Assembly: GCA_001655205.1 (NCBI GenBank)
Contig: LPNZ01009472.1
Location: 1-52,978, forward strand
DNA: 52,978 bases
Reading direction: 5' to 3'
DNA from: Lenisia limosa
Taxonomy: Eukaryota; Protista; Breviatea
Each line of letters begins with the position of its first letter. The stretch's first letter is position 1. Position numbers and translations under genes: made by a program. Under the pieces are notes generated by a model. It was not told where the DNA came from. It worked only from the letters and a program-made list of their open reading frames with translations, and made no database searches. Shown here piece after piece: positions 21,735 through 34,000 of this stretch.

Positions 21735-24131
21735 ATGACTGCTCCATTGACAATGGTGGAAGACAGAAATAACTGTCAAAATGTAGAGGAGACTGAAAGA
21801 AGTCTCCAAGAAACTTCTTGTTTCCAAGGAGAGAAATGCTGTAGTGGTGCTGAGAAGAAAGGTTTGTGTAGGGTTCTTAGAGAGTTGGCTCTAAGAGTCG
21901 TATATCTTCAAGCGATTTCCTAGGTTGTCTTTTTTATTACTTTGTTTAAGAAAGAGGTGGGATGGGGCAGCAACAGATGTGCTACAAATGTTTTCTTCTA
22001 GATTGAGAAAATAATTTACCTTGCTTGTATAATACTGGCAAACATATGTTCGTACTCTGATGTGTAAAATACGTTCGTACTCTGATGTCAGAGGCCTAAA
22101 AGGTCGTTGATTAACAGTTGACAGATTCGTGTTGTAAGTCTGCTGAAAAGAAGGAAGATTCATGTTGTAAGTCTGCTGAAAAGAAGGAAGATTCATGTTG
22201 TAAGTCTGCTGAAAAGAATGAAGATTCGTGTTGTAAGTCTGCTGAAAAGAAGGAAGATTCGTGTTGTAAGTCTGCTGAAAAGAAAGAGTATCTTGAAACA
22301 GAAGCCGGTGGATGCTCCAAGGGTTGCTGCTCACAAACGGTTTGAAAGTCTCTTTTTGGGTTCTGACATAATGGTAGATAGATGAAATCCCGATTGTTGT
22401 GAAAGAGCCTGGGCAATACATCAATACCAACTGTGTTCTTGACAAACCCCGTTATGGCGTATTCTGCTGTCTTGGTAGGTAGACTAAGCTGAACACTCAC
22501 CACTAGGTGCTACCATCCCTTGTGGTGAAGCTGGCTGCCACGGTCTTGAACTTGCCTGTGATGGATGTTGTGGAAATTGCATGTTTTCAGGTCCTAATTT
22601 TGTCGAAGCTTCTGTTCACAAAGCCAACCAACGTATGTTACCTCCAAATACTTTTTTTTCTTGTTCTTTTTTTTTTTCTTACCTTGAAGAGCGCCAAAAG
22701 TACATTAAGGTTGCAGTGTGGCTCTCATTTTTCACAATCTTTTACAATGTGGTATGTTAGTTACCTTGCTTGGATGACTTTCATAAGGATGTTGAGTATT
22801 TTTTAAGGTCCCTTTGTTAACACTTGAAGATCGAAGGAGCAGTCGCAGTATTCTTCGGAGTGTCAGAGGAGTCGCTTTCCCTCCTTGGTTTTGGCCTGGA
22901 TAGGTGAATGGGATTGCCAGGTTGTTTGAAGTGAGATTTTCCACTTATTCTTTCAGTTTTGTTGAAGTTGCGTCAGCTTGTTTGTCCTATTGGAGGCTTA
23001 AGGCCGAAAATGGTAGGTTGTCACCCAATTTGATGCGGTTGCTGTAAAAATACTTTCCTTCTGAGATTTATTGGGTTATTTACTATTTTAGGCGGCAGTG
23101 AAGCCATTTCTCTTTCTCGTGAGAAGACAGCAACCAAATGGTAGGTTTCGGGTACTGTGTTTTAAAAATATGATATTTGAGCAATATGTTACTATATTTC
23201 AATCAATACCATTTGCTTTCACTCTGAAGGATTGGAGTTCTTCTAATTCTCCTGGGAACAATCACGCCTGTCGCTGGTTGGTCCACCATTCCCCCCCTAT
23301 GAATTTACTGTTTAGCTGTCATACAACTCTTTTTCGGAAACAGACCTGGTGAGTTTTTGATATTGCCCTGTTTCGGTCTAACTCTTCAGATACCACTTTG
23401 CCTGGGGTGCTAATTTCTTCTCTCTCGCTTTCATTCATGTTTATCCTCTGGTGGGTTATGGTTTCAGAGAACTCGTCCCATGATTACCTTTTCTTATATT
23501 TTAGGAGACTCAAGCAGAAATATGCCAACCTTTTGAATAGCAGTACTTTGTACATGGATTCGCAGTGCAGTCTTGGGTAAGAAGCATCCATTCTTCAAAA
23601 TAGAAGTTTCAATTTACATTGCTTTTTGAAATGCCAAAAGCCAGATGCCAAAGTCATTTTTTTTTTTTTATTAAAACTACTATTTTACTATGTCATAATT
23701 CATATCTTTTGGTATGTAGCTAAATGATGTTTGCACCTTCATGGCACTTAACAATCAGGTGCATTAAGTTGTCTTTTACGCTCTTTGTCGGGTCTTTGGT
23801 ATACCTTCTGTACTCCAAGATTTGGTTTGCAGACTCTGTTGCAGCCATCATCATCGGGCTCACTATTCTTAAAGAAGGTTTGCGTGAAGCAGTTGTGTAT
23901 TTTTATTTCTTTCAGAATAACACAATTCAATTTTTCCGTTTCTCACAATACTAAGTACCCAGGTATTGACACCATCAAATACGCTTCTGCTGAGGACTTC
24001 ACTGGCGGATGCGGGTAAGTGTTCTTGGAAACAGGCGATGGCTTTTTGCTTTACTCAGCAGATGTTGTGGAGGCAAGCCAAAGACCACTACTGAACCACA
24101 ACTCAATGAGGCCATTGCACATCAAGTCTAA
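21735..24131 (+). CDS. Cation diffusion facilitator (TMEM163-like) metal transporter with a Cys-rich, metallothionein-like N-terminal domain (multi-exon)
   Basis: TM exons: RQKYIKVAVWLSFFTIFYNV/IEGAVAVFFGVSEESLSLLGFGLDS/FVEVASACLSYWRL, AVIQLFFGNRPDTTLPGVLISSLSLSFMFILW, RLKQKYANLLNSSTLYMDSQCSLGC, WFADSVAAIIIGLTILKEG. These follow the TMEM163/bacterial cation-efflux pattern. The last intron (gtaagt...cagcag) extends the C-terminus to GGCGCCGGKPK...HQV* at 24129-24131. Confidence 0.88.
22124..22288 (+). repeat. Coding tandem repeat, 5 x 33 bp (DSCCKSAEKKE)
   Basis: Unit gattcgtgttgtaagtctgctgaaaagaaggaa, five contiguous near-identical copies in frame in exon 2 of the CDF gene. Confidence 0.97.
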
Positions 24132-24267
24132 TGTCGTATTTATTATCGCAATGCACTGTATGAATGATACTTGGAAGTAAAAAGAATCCAAAATGGGAGT
24201 GAATTGGTGAAATGCATTGATGCATCCCTAAATAAGAAACAGTCTAGAATACCATAGCAGAGAGCAG

Positions 24268-25883
24268 TTAGAAAGCGCCATCAACATCCTCTTCGTATCT
24301 AAAACATCAGCATGGGAGTGAGATTAGTACATTCGATCAATGGAAAAACAAGCCAAATCCTCACCTGGGGTTGCGCTCGAGATGCTTTGCTCTGCGCTCG
24401 ACCTGGCCCATTCTGTTAGTGACCTTCTTGCCACGTCGGCGGCGGATGGCGGCACGGACCTGAGCAAATTATAGACATCCTGTTCCGCCAAGTACTTTAT
24501 ATAGTAACCCCAATACTACTAAACCGATTAATAAGAGTCACTATCTAGAGTAGGTAGCGTTTGAAACAAAATCCCACCAAACTCCCAAGAATATTTCCAC
24601 AAGATCCCTAATTACCTCATTGGGGGAGATGTAAGAGTCATTTTCGTAAAGAGTGCGGCCACCTAAAACGTAAACACCAAAGAATAAGAACACAGCAAAT
24701 GTTAATAATATATGGGAGATGACAATAAGACCAACGGGGAATGAGCTTACCAAAAGATCCCTCGAAAACTCTGAGGGGGTTGAGGACAAAACGAGGGCCA
24801 ATCTCAAGGAGTTCGTGGCTCTCTGCATTGTTCTTATGTTGGTCATGTTCAGCTACAGTGTTAGAAAACGAATGCCTTGTAGTTCTTGAGGATCCTGCCC
24901 CCCCCCCACTATTGACTTTAATTTGATAGTGACGGACCCAAACGCGGCCGCCGATAAGGAAGAATGACAAAACGTGGTCGATGAAGGGCTTGGAGNNNNN
25001 NNNNNNNNNNNNNNNNNNNNNNNNNNNNNNNNNNNNNNNNNNNNNNNNNNNNNNNNNNNNNNNNNNNNNNNNNNNNNNNNNNNTGTGAATCATGATAAAT
25101 CACGTGACGTTCCCTGTAAGAAAAAAAAAAAAAAATGTAGGGAAAACAGACAAATATAGTGTTTCTTATACAATAATACTACAGTTTTCCCTTGGATTCC
25201 GACCTGAGCCAGGAGCTCCTTGAGGACCTGGTGGCAAGGCTCATCGTCAAAGCCCTTGTCAAAGACCAGCAGCGGCCGACTTCCCTTCAGACAGTTGCCC
25301 GTCAGACGAAGGTCATCAAGTGTGTGTACTGGAATAGTTACAAGGTGATGAGAGGCAAACAAAGACATGAATGAACATTAGCCATGCTTACAGCTTTGAA
25401 CGAGCATTTTTGCAGAGGGTCCTTCAGGGGCATTGGAGCACCAAAGGTAAAGATCTTTCATCTTGCGGCCTTCAAGGAAGAGGCACTTGTTGCAATTCTT
25501 CATTTCACAAACCTGAAGAAAGTGAGCCAGGGACATAAAAAAAAAAGAGAATAAATCAAAATATAACACAAAGCTGAGGTAACAAAATGGTGAAGCTGAT
25601 AAAAGACCCACCTCGTTACAAACATCTGTTCTATCCTTGCAATCAAGTTTAGAATCCTTCTTGCTGTGTGGGAGCATGGCTGGGGGATAATAAAACAAAC
25701 AAACACAAGTGCAAAAAACATACATCTCAGATTATCCATCAAATCACGGTGATCGCTCTTGATTCCTCTCGATGAGAAGATAAGAACTCTTTCTTTGGGG
25801 GCCTTAGGCTTGGCTACGGGAGCAGGAGCAGCTTTTTTTGCCTCAGCAATGGCCTTTGCTCTCTTTCTAAGCTTCTTCACCAT
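24268..25883 (-). CDS. BRX1: Ribosome biogenesis protein BRX1 (Brix domain), multi-exon, crosses an N-gap
   Basis: KERVLIFSSRGIKSDHRDLMDNLR, PHSKKDSKLD, CEMKNCNKCLFLEGRKMKDLYLW, HTLDDLRLTGNCLKGSRPLLVFD, SKPFIDHVLSFFLIGGRVWVRHYQI, LLEIGPRFVLNPLRVFEGSFGGRTLYEN. End (YEEDVDGAF*) at 24268. Confidence 0.94.
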
Positions 25884-26104
25884 CTTAAACAAATATTAGT
25901 AACTAATACGTTGAAAAAGAAGTAAAATTTCCATTTTGTTTTCTAAAAAGGAAATATCTACGGTCGCGGAAATATCCCTTTTGCTCAATTTTTTGCTGGC
26001 TCTCATCTCTCTCATCTGGCCCTCATTCTCTTATCTTCTTGAACATACCTTAGTGATAAAGAATAAAAGACAAGGCTTGGAGCAGATCCAACCATTACAA
26101 TACA

Positions 26105-29100
26105 ATGGTGACGGCGTTGTGCCCCAGCCCGTTGATCATCAAGGGTGGCAATGAGCCCACCGTTGTCAAGATGTTCAGGGACAAGCTTCGCCAGGCTGGA
26201 GGCCGTGACGGCTGGAGCAAGGGAGGCGAACAGCTTTCAAATTGTGTGGCCCAGATGGGGGACTTAGTATACAACTTCCTCTCGCACAGCCAGCATGTAA
26301 GTCCTTTCTTTTACGTTGGTATGTTATCAATACCCTCCTCCCACCCTCCTATGAACATGATAATATGATTACTCTATAGCATGAAGAACTTCGTATGCTT
26401 CTGAGTGACACGATCGCCAACTTAGACCCATCTTGGAAGACAAAGGTTGGAAGCTGGACTATGTTCCTGATTTATTTTAGTGTTTGTTTTTCTGATAACG
26501 CAGGAAAATTTTCTCTCTCCACTGTTGCAAAGTGTTTACGATGAAAGGGAGCACAGAAGACGAGTGTCTGTGGGAGTGTTTAGGCTTTCTTTTTTATACA
26601 CACTATTAGGTTGTGAAGCCATTATACACAGCAATAACTGCAGCCCTTTAGGATCATGATGTCTGGGTTGTTCAACCAAATTGGCTCACATTTGCCTGAA
26701 ATGGTGACGGCTGCTCTCTGTAGACGCAGTTCAAAGCTCTCCCGAATCTTCAGCTACTTTTTCAGGGAAAACCCAACGAAAGCCGTTCAGTGGTTTGGCC
26801 ATTTCTCTTTAAATGGTGGGTGGTTATCACAATATCAATATTTGAACTTAAGTTACTATTATAATAAAGCCCTCAATATTTTTGAACCATTGAATAATCC
26901 ATAGGAACCATGAAGTATGGAGCTGCGTCCATTGTGAGTTTCTTCTATCGCCACAGACAGGGTTGGTTCGGGTGAAGGTTTTGATGGCTTTTTTCGAAGA
27001 GTTACCTTTTTTGTTCATAATCATTACTCTTCAGAATATTGGAATTTGCTTGTTTGGGAGGCGAAGGGATATACTAAAACCATTCCTCCAAACCTTGTCG
27101 TTAAGAAGCAGCAGCTTTGGATGAGACTCAAAGTTGGTGGTTTTTCAGTGAGATTACATAATTATAATGGTTCCGTGCAATTAATGTACAAATTAATTGC
27201 AAAATTTGAAGTAACTCCATTTCAGACACTTTAATTTCAAATTTTGTCAATTAATTTCTTAAAAAAATTAATTTCACGGAGCCCTAATAATTATCAATAT
27301 CATATAAACTTCAGTCTCAGAATCCTCATTTCCACAATATCGTATTATATCATATCATGTGAGTGTTTTCACCGAATACCCGATAATTGCTTTGATGTTT
27401 TGAATAAATCATATTTTTGCTTTTAACAGTGTAGATTCGAGAAACCATCTTGAACATTTGTGAATCGTGCCCTGACTTCTGGACCTCAAATGACTTCATA
27501 AGTTGGCTAAATGTCATATTGTTATAAAAACAATCTGCATAACCTTCATAATGTTTCTAGATGATCTGACCTTTTACTTTTAGACTCTATCACTGATGGC
27601 GGGGTTATTTCTTTGGACCCGGCTTGGTTTGGTGCTGTGCTCGGAGATATGATTCTCAGGAAACAGGGAGACGTTGCTGCAACTTCAACTCTCAAAGAAC
27701 TGGTGGGTTGTTCAAGGACATTTGACGACTTAATGGATGGCCATAATGAGGAGCATCGTGCTACCATATCCTTTTAGTTTGAGTTGTAGAAAATCTGCTT
27801 TGGTTCTTGAGCTTATTACTTTTTGAATGAATGTGTATTAGCCTCTTTAGAGTCAGTTTGCATGAACCTTAATTGCAGTAGAAAGTGCTCCTTCGCAAAA
27901 CAATTCACTTCAACAGATGCGACAATTCATTGTTGAGGGTCCTTGGTCTATGGTGGCTCGATCGGTGTACACATACCTTCTGCCCCATGAAGTATGCAAA
28001 CTCGGCTATCTTGCCTTGACTTGAGCATATTTGAGATACTTACTTCTTAGGTGATTGATCTCTGTGACATGCTCCACGAGGACCCAAGATGCCGCGAGGT
28101 TTCCGACAATTTGACCTCTCCTGGCGGTCATTTCACTTCAAAGTCAGCTTTTCAATTGATTTGCTTGGTTTTCTTTTGGAGGCACTTCCTTGTCCTACTA
28201 TTCTAGTGTCTCCTAGTATGTCATAATTTGCCTAGATCGTTGACAACTTTGGACGTCAGTTGGGAGTCTCTCTGTCCGGTCGGACGTTCCATCGAAACGG
28301 CCAACTTCAATGCCATTACTCCGCTCCTCGTGACCAATGCCATCATCACCCATCCTCATCGCGTCATTGAACTTCTTGTCGGTGACCACAAAGACCCCCA
28401 ACATATTGCCTCAGCGTTCATGATGACCCAAGGCAAACGCCGACCCCCACCCCCCTCACCCCTGGCTGAGGAAAAGCCCTCCGAGGACTCCGCTGACAAT
28501 CCGCCGCTCCCCCAAGAAGGCCAGCCGCCGCCGCCAGAAGAGCCGACTACTCTTGAAGCTTTTCGAAGCCTCCTGGCTGAGTCTGGTATCTCGGGTCGGG
28601 CTCCTCATTCCGCGGCTCCTTGGATGTTTTTTGCAGCGGCTGGTCTTGAAGAGTGGGGAGGGTGGCGAAATAAAAATGGAAAATAAAAGAAAACCCCCAA
28701 AATCAAATCTTTTGGCTGAAATTGCAGTTTACATCTTTCAAAAAGTGCATTTAGCGTGCTACTGTCTGATTATTTAGGTATTGTCCTTATTTGAAATTGG
28801 AACGATTTGAAGCCAACTACCACAGCGGCTCTGTCGGAACGCCACATTACAGCCACCCCTTGAACAAACCTGGTCGTCTTTGGTCCTTGCCTTTTCCCAT
28901 CAGGTTGGTTTGGGTGTTAGTTGATAGTGTAAACAATGTGTGCAACCAAACATACATATGATATATGATTCGATGTTTTTCGAGGGGGTACTTTCAAGAA
29001 ATTCTGTTTTTTATGGGATGCACAACGAGGAAACAACCACCCATGACAATGTAGAGAGGCCTTTGTTGCTTCACTTTGGTGCCTATCCACAAGAGTTAGC

Positions 29101-30064
29101 CTTTCAGAGCTTGATAGTATGCGTGGGTTTGACTAATATATGTGAAGTGTTGGGCTATGTAATGGGAGGAGGGATAGTTAATCGATACCCGTAATTGTTG
29201 AAAATGCTTATGACTGCTTCTGCCAGGTCTACGTGATAATTTTATTACTTTCAACCCAACATGTCATAATGACAGTAGTGTTTGAAGCAAATGAGTACAA
29301 TTTTGTTACAAACCTAGACTCTTTGCAGCTGGAGGCATGGCTTGCGGGTCACCACTTCAAGCCAAGGAGGTGCTATTTAGGTTTGTACGGGGAAATTCAG
29401 CTCTCCAGTTAATCTGTTTGTTAGCAATATTGATGGTATCAATCAAGTGCATAACCGTGTATTTGTTTCTTATTTCTACCTAACCTGGTAGATGACGAGA
29501 AAGTTGGAACCGAAGATGATGAAGGAACCAAGATTCCGGAAAACAAGGGATTCATGGGGTGGATCATTTCAAGGGCACAAAGTGGGCATATTCAGGTGAG
29601 AATGGTAAATTGAAATAGACTATCAATCAGTTTTATTAAACTCTATGACAACTGCAATACCATATGGGCTTCATTGAGTGTTTTTGAGTACAAATCTGCA
29701 ATGTAGTATTACTGTTCTTCAAATAGCCTTCTTTTTTACATGTTTGGTTTTGAGTTTCCAGGACCGAAGTAGGTCTTCATGGCTCCAAGCCGATACAGAC
29801 TTTGTGCTCAGCTCACAAGATGCTGTACGCCAACTGTCACTCATGGCCGGGCGGAGGGCTGCCTGGTTACTACAACCTGACGCTACGACCTTTTCTTGTG
29901 GGCGAAGATGGATGGAATAGGAACAGGAACAATGAAAACGGCTTCTGTTGTTTTGTTGCTGACTTTATTCAGGTGATGAGACCACTGAAGTGAGAAAAAA
30001 AAGAAAGAGAAAGGCGGAGAAGAAGGAAAAGAAGGATAAGAAAAGGTCAAGAAGTTCAGGATGA
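26105..30064 (+). CDS. Hypothetical protein (probably helical), with a Pro-rich loop and a highly basic C-terminal tail (multi-exon)
   Basis: A chain of GC-richer exons with GT-AG boundaries (e.g. HEELRMLLSDTIANLDPSWKTK, IRETILNICESCPDFW, ERPLLLHFGAYPQELAFQSLI) ending EVRKKRKRKAEKKEKKDKKRSRSSG*. No family recognised with confidence. Confidence 0.65.
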
Positions 30065-30572
30065 TCTCCCCAGCCAACCTTTTTTGTTCAGTGAACGTGT
30101 CTGATTATCGGTATTAGTTATGAATGAATGATTGTGATGTAATCTCCTGTTTACTTTCAGTAATTAAAGCACTTCTCCATAATATGTAGAGATAAGAAAT
30201 ATAAAATAGGTTACATCTGGCAGAAAGCGTCCACCATTACGCTTTTACGATACTAACCTAGGCATCATGCAAGCTTTTAAACAATAGAAATATTTCTTTA
30301 ACTTGTGCATTATGCTGATACTTCTAATGAGAACGCATTGTCCAATAATTTTGTCAGATAACATCAAACTGCACCGAAAACCATAAATCAAAACGAGCGG
30401 ACCAACATTATGGGGAAACAGCGTTAGCAACATCGTACAATACATTATAGTGTCAAAATAATAAAAGAAAGGGAGACCGAAATCAAAAGTAAAAAAAAAA
30501 GTTTCTAGCCTCAAATAATAACGGAAGGGGGATTTACCTGGTCGCTGGAAATGTAGTTGTCAGTAATTGCCT

Positions 30573-30736
30573 TCACTGCTGTTCGCTATTAATCAAAGCG
30601 TTGGTTTCACCACGGTTAATTTTGGCTGTATGGAAGATACCTAAAATGTAACTGAAATTTCAAGCTTACAAAAAGCAAGACCCATCACTGCAAAGGCTAC
30701 ACCTGCAAAAAGGCAGCCAAGAACAAGATCGTTCAT
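30573..30736 (-). CDS. Possible 2-exon single-TM microprotein (about 40 aa)
   Basis: ATG at 30736, MNDLVLGCLFAGVAFAVMGLAF, then a gtaagc donor and an in-phase acceptor giving ...KINRGETNALINSEQQ*. It is short, so chance cannot be excluded. Confidence 0.3.
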
Positions 30737-31037
30737 TGTTTGATGAAATGAAGAGTGCAAATTGGTATATTCCTAGTATTACTCTTATATATTTTTAAAT
30801 CAAGATGTAGCAACGTAAGAGCTGGTGGCAAGTGGCCACAAGGCATCCAAAAGGCCCAAGCGGCCAATTACAAAGTCATAACTAGTCCAAAAAGCCTTTT
30901 TGCGAAAAAGCCTAAAAAAAAACCTCCCATTATTAGTCAGCTACCAGTCAGTTACCAGTTATTTAACAAGTTATCAAATAATCGACTCTAGTTTCCAGGA
31001 ATAAGTCAAATCTTTGGTGGTTGGTACAACTGCCAAG

Positions 31038-34000
31038 ATGTCTCAGAGGCCTGAATATGAGGCTTCAGATTTCTTATCAAAGCAAACCCCGTAGGAAAGA
31101 AACAGGATGAATAGAATCATCTTACATTTTCTAGACTGTCGAAGCAGAGTGATGAATGGGGTCGTTTGGAGTATCTCTTGAAGCTTTCACTTTCCTCAAC
31201 AGGTGCAAAGGTATTTTGAAAGGCCATCTTCAGTTTTCACCTTCCCTAGGTTGTTAACGCCTGGGCAGTTGGAAACCCCCACCTCACAATGCAGTTCGAA
31301 AAGAAAACTCAGGTTGGTGGCTGTACTCATTTGCATTGCGCTTGCTCCATGGTATAGATTTTACAATTATCTTTCAATGCATTGGAGGGGTTTGTGTTAG
31401 TGTAGCTGAAACTCGATCAGCAGATTCTGCTTTGGCGGTTACAGATATCGAGATATATCCAATCTTTACAGCTGAGTATTTCATTACTAGATTTTTATTG
31501 CGACTTGCAGATTAAAGTTGAAGCAATTATAGCTAAACCTTATCATAGTTACATGCAAGCAGAAAACCCTCCTATTTGTTCTGGAGCAGCATGATTCCCC
31601 ATACTTTACCACATCATCTTCATGCTACCTCCAGGGCCAACTTATTTTGGACTCGTGGGTGGATGCGACGTGTCTGACAGAGCATAACAGCGTTTCCGAA
31701 GTCTGTACCCGTGGATTCAGGTTCCCTCCACAAGTACGCTTTTCCACCACTTTTACTGCTTCATTGCTCCCTTTTGTTATTCCTCCTCTCTTTTTTTTTT
31801 TCAAACCCCGTGCTCTTATTTTCCCACACTTTCAAAGAATTTAAACGTATCTTTGATTCTGATAACACGGAGTTTCCCCAGCGCCCTCTTTCTGACACTG
31901 TAGGGAATGGTATTCCCCACCGGAGCAGTTGTTCTTCCTGAAGGTTGGCAAGGAACATACCAAAATGCCCCTGCTAAATGCTAAGATTTAAAGGAAATCA
32001 TAAATCCGGCATTTTATACCGTAGGGCACTATGGTTCCGGCCGACGTCTCTACGAGTTTATTCTTTGCAAGACTGGAGGTTTGGCCTGGTTCTGAAACCT
32101 TAACTGTTCATACCACGACTTGAAGGCATGTTTTGCAATATTGTGTTCAGTCAGAGACTTATGGTTATTTTGATCTGTTAGTGGGCCGTTCGTATTGTCT
32201 TGAAGAGGGAATTGCAGTGAGTGCCCGTCCCTCAATTCCTGAGGTATGCTCTGGAAAAGCGTGCTTCAATCAGTCACCAAACTGTTATAGTGGTCTTTGG
32301 GGATCGTTTACTTTCCAATTTAGGGCTACAATAGCGTGTATCTCCACAAAGAAGACGATCAAAACGCCTCCATGATTCTCGGTAAGTGAATTCTTCTTGT
32401 ACCAGTAAGGATCATATCATGGTCTTTTATCGTTATTCCTTAGTCCTTGTTGAATCTTGAAGTGCATATTGACTCTTCAGACCAAACCCCTTCCACTTAC
32501 CACCACGAATACCTCCTCCTCGACCCAAGCCAAGTGAGTCCATTTCAACTTCTCAAGAGGTTTCGATTCCAAGAATACAATATTCTATTTCAATTCTCGA
32601 TTAATATCATCATAACCGTAGATCTGAGGACCTCAAAGACAAAATTTTCTCTCGATATTCAAGGACTTTTTCTGACCTGAGAATCATTGACAACAGCCTG
32701 TCACAAAACCACCTGGGAATCTTCGCCTCAACTTTCCGTGACACCTTAGGTCCTTCCTCTCTACCTCATTCATTTTGAGTTTGATGCTGATGCTGATAGT
32801 GCCGGATCGGTTGGAGGGGACTGTGGTTCAGGATAAATAGTCTTATTGGTATATTTATAAATTGACCAGATGGTACTGTTCCATATCGCAATATTCTAAA
32901 CCAGTGTGTTGCGTAACTGATGTGATGGCTATAGGTGCCGATCTGTGACGTTTGTAATGAGAACTCGGCAACATTGTTCTGTCGCGAGGATCAGGCGCGT
33001 CTCTGCGACGAGTGTGACGAGGAAGTGGGTCCATAAGGATGCTGCTTTGCTGAGATGGGAGTATCAATGAGATCATGGTAACACTGTTTTGTGGATAGCT
33101 TATGATTAATGCATATTGTGCTAATTTTCTAGGTGCACAGTGCTAACAAACTGGTAGCCAGGCATATTCGAGTTCCCCTTCACGAGGTTGGCTCATCCAC
33201 CTTTTGGTGAAGATTTCTCTCTTGAACCCGATCAAACTATATTCTTCCCTTTGACCTACAGCAACCACAATCTTTCGGATCCTGTGCCACGCACAACCTC
33301 CCTGTTGAATTTTTCTGTCCCGTGTGTCAGATTCCTGGTAGGGGGGGGGGGGGNNNNNNNNNNNNNNNNNNNNNNNNNNNNNNNNNNNNNNNNNNNNNNN
33401 NNNNNNNNNNNNNNNNNNNNNNNNNNNNNNNNNNNNAGTCATGTGAGTAATCCTAATCTCCCACAGTTTGTGTACACTGTAAGATGATCGGATCGCACAG
33501 CTCCGGAGAGGCTGCGGCCCACAAATTGGTTTCTATTGGTGGGTGCTTCTCTGGGATTCAGAGTTTAGTTGATTATATGAGAGTTTTTATTATCTCTCAT
33601 TATCCCAATATTATGGAAATATTGAATTCTATTTATTCCGTAGGTGAGGCCTATCAAAGCGCTGTTGGTGCCTCCAATCAGGTATTATGTCAAATGATCG
33701 AGTATTATTTTGTGATATTTCTTCAATAATATTGGTTTCTTTCATAACGTTGTTTGTGCTTTGTATGATATGTGTCATTACTGACTAAATTGGGTTCTCA
33801 ACGACCTCGTTGTTCCAAAATGTAGATAATCTATTACCATGTCACCCTCCTCTCTAGGATGACCCGGTTCTGGATAGCCGCAGACAAGCCATTCTCAACC
33901 AGCTCAACGTCATTGACGATCGTCTTAAGGATGGTGAGTCTGGCATGTTCAGAGTTCAGCGCTTGGCTCGTCACTTGTTCTTGTATTCAGGCTTTTATCA

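Noticed and set aside
22124-22288. 33-bp repeats as a CRISPR array
   Set aside because: The units are contiguous with no spacers, in frame within a spliced eukaryotic exon, and no cas genes are present.
23344-23348. 5-nt micro-exon in the CDF gene
   Set aside because: The upstream acceptor at 23315 gives a normal in-phase 33-nt exon (AVIQLFFGNRP) that fits the family.
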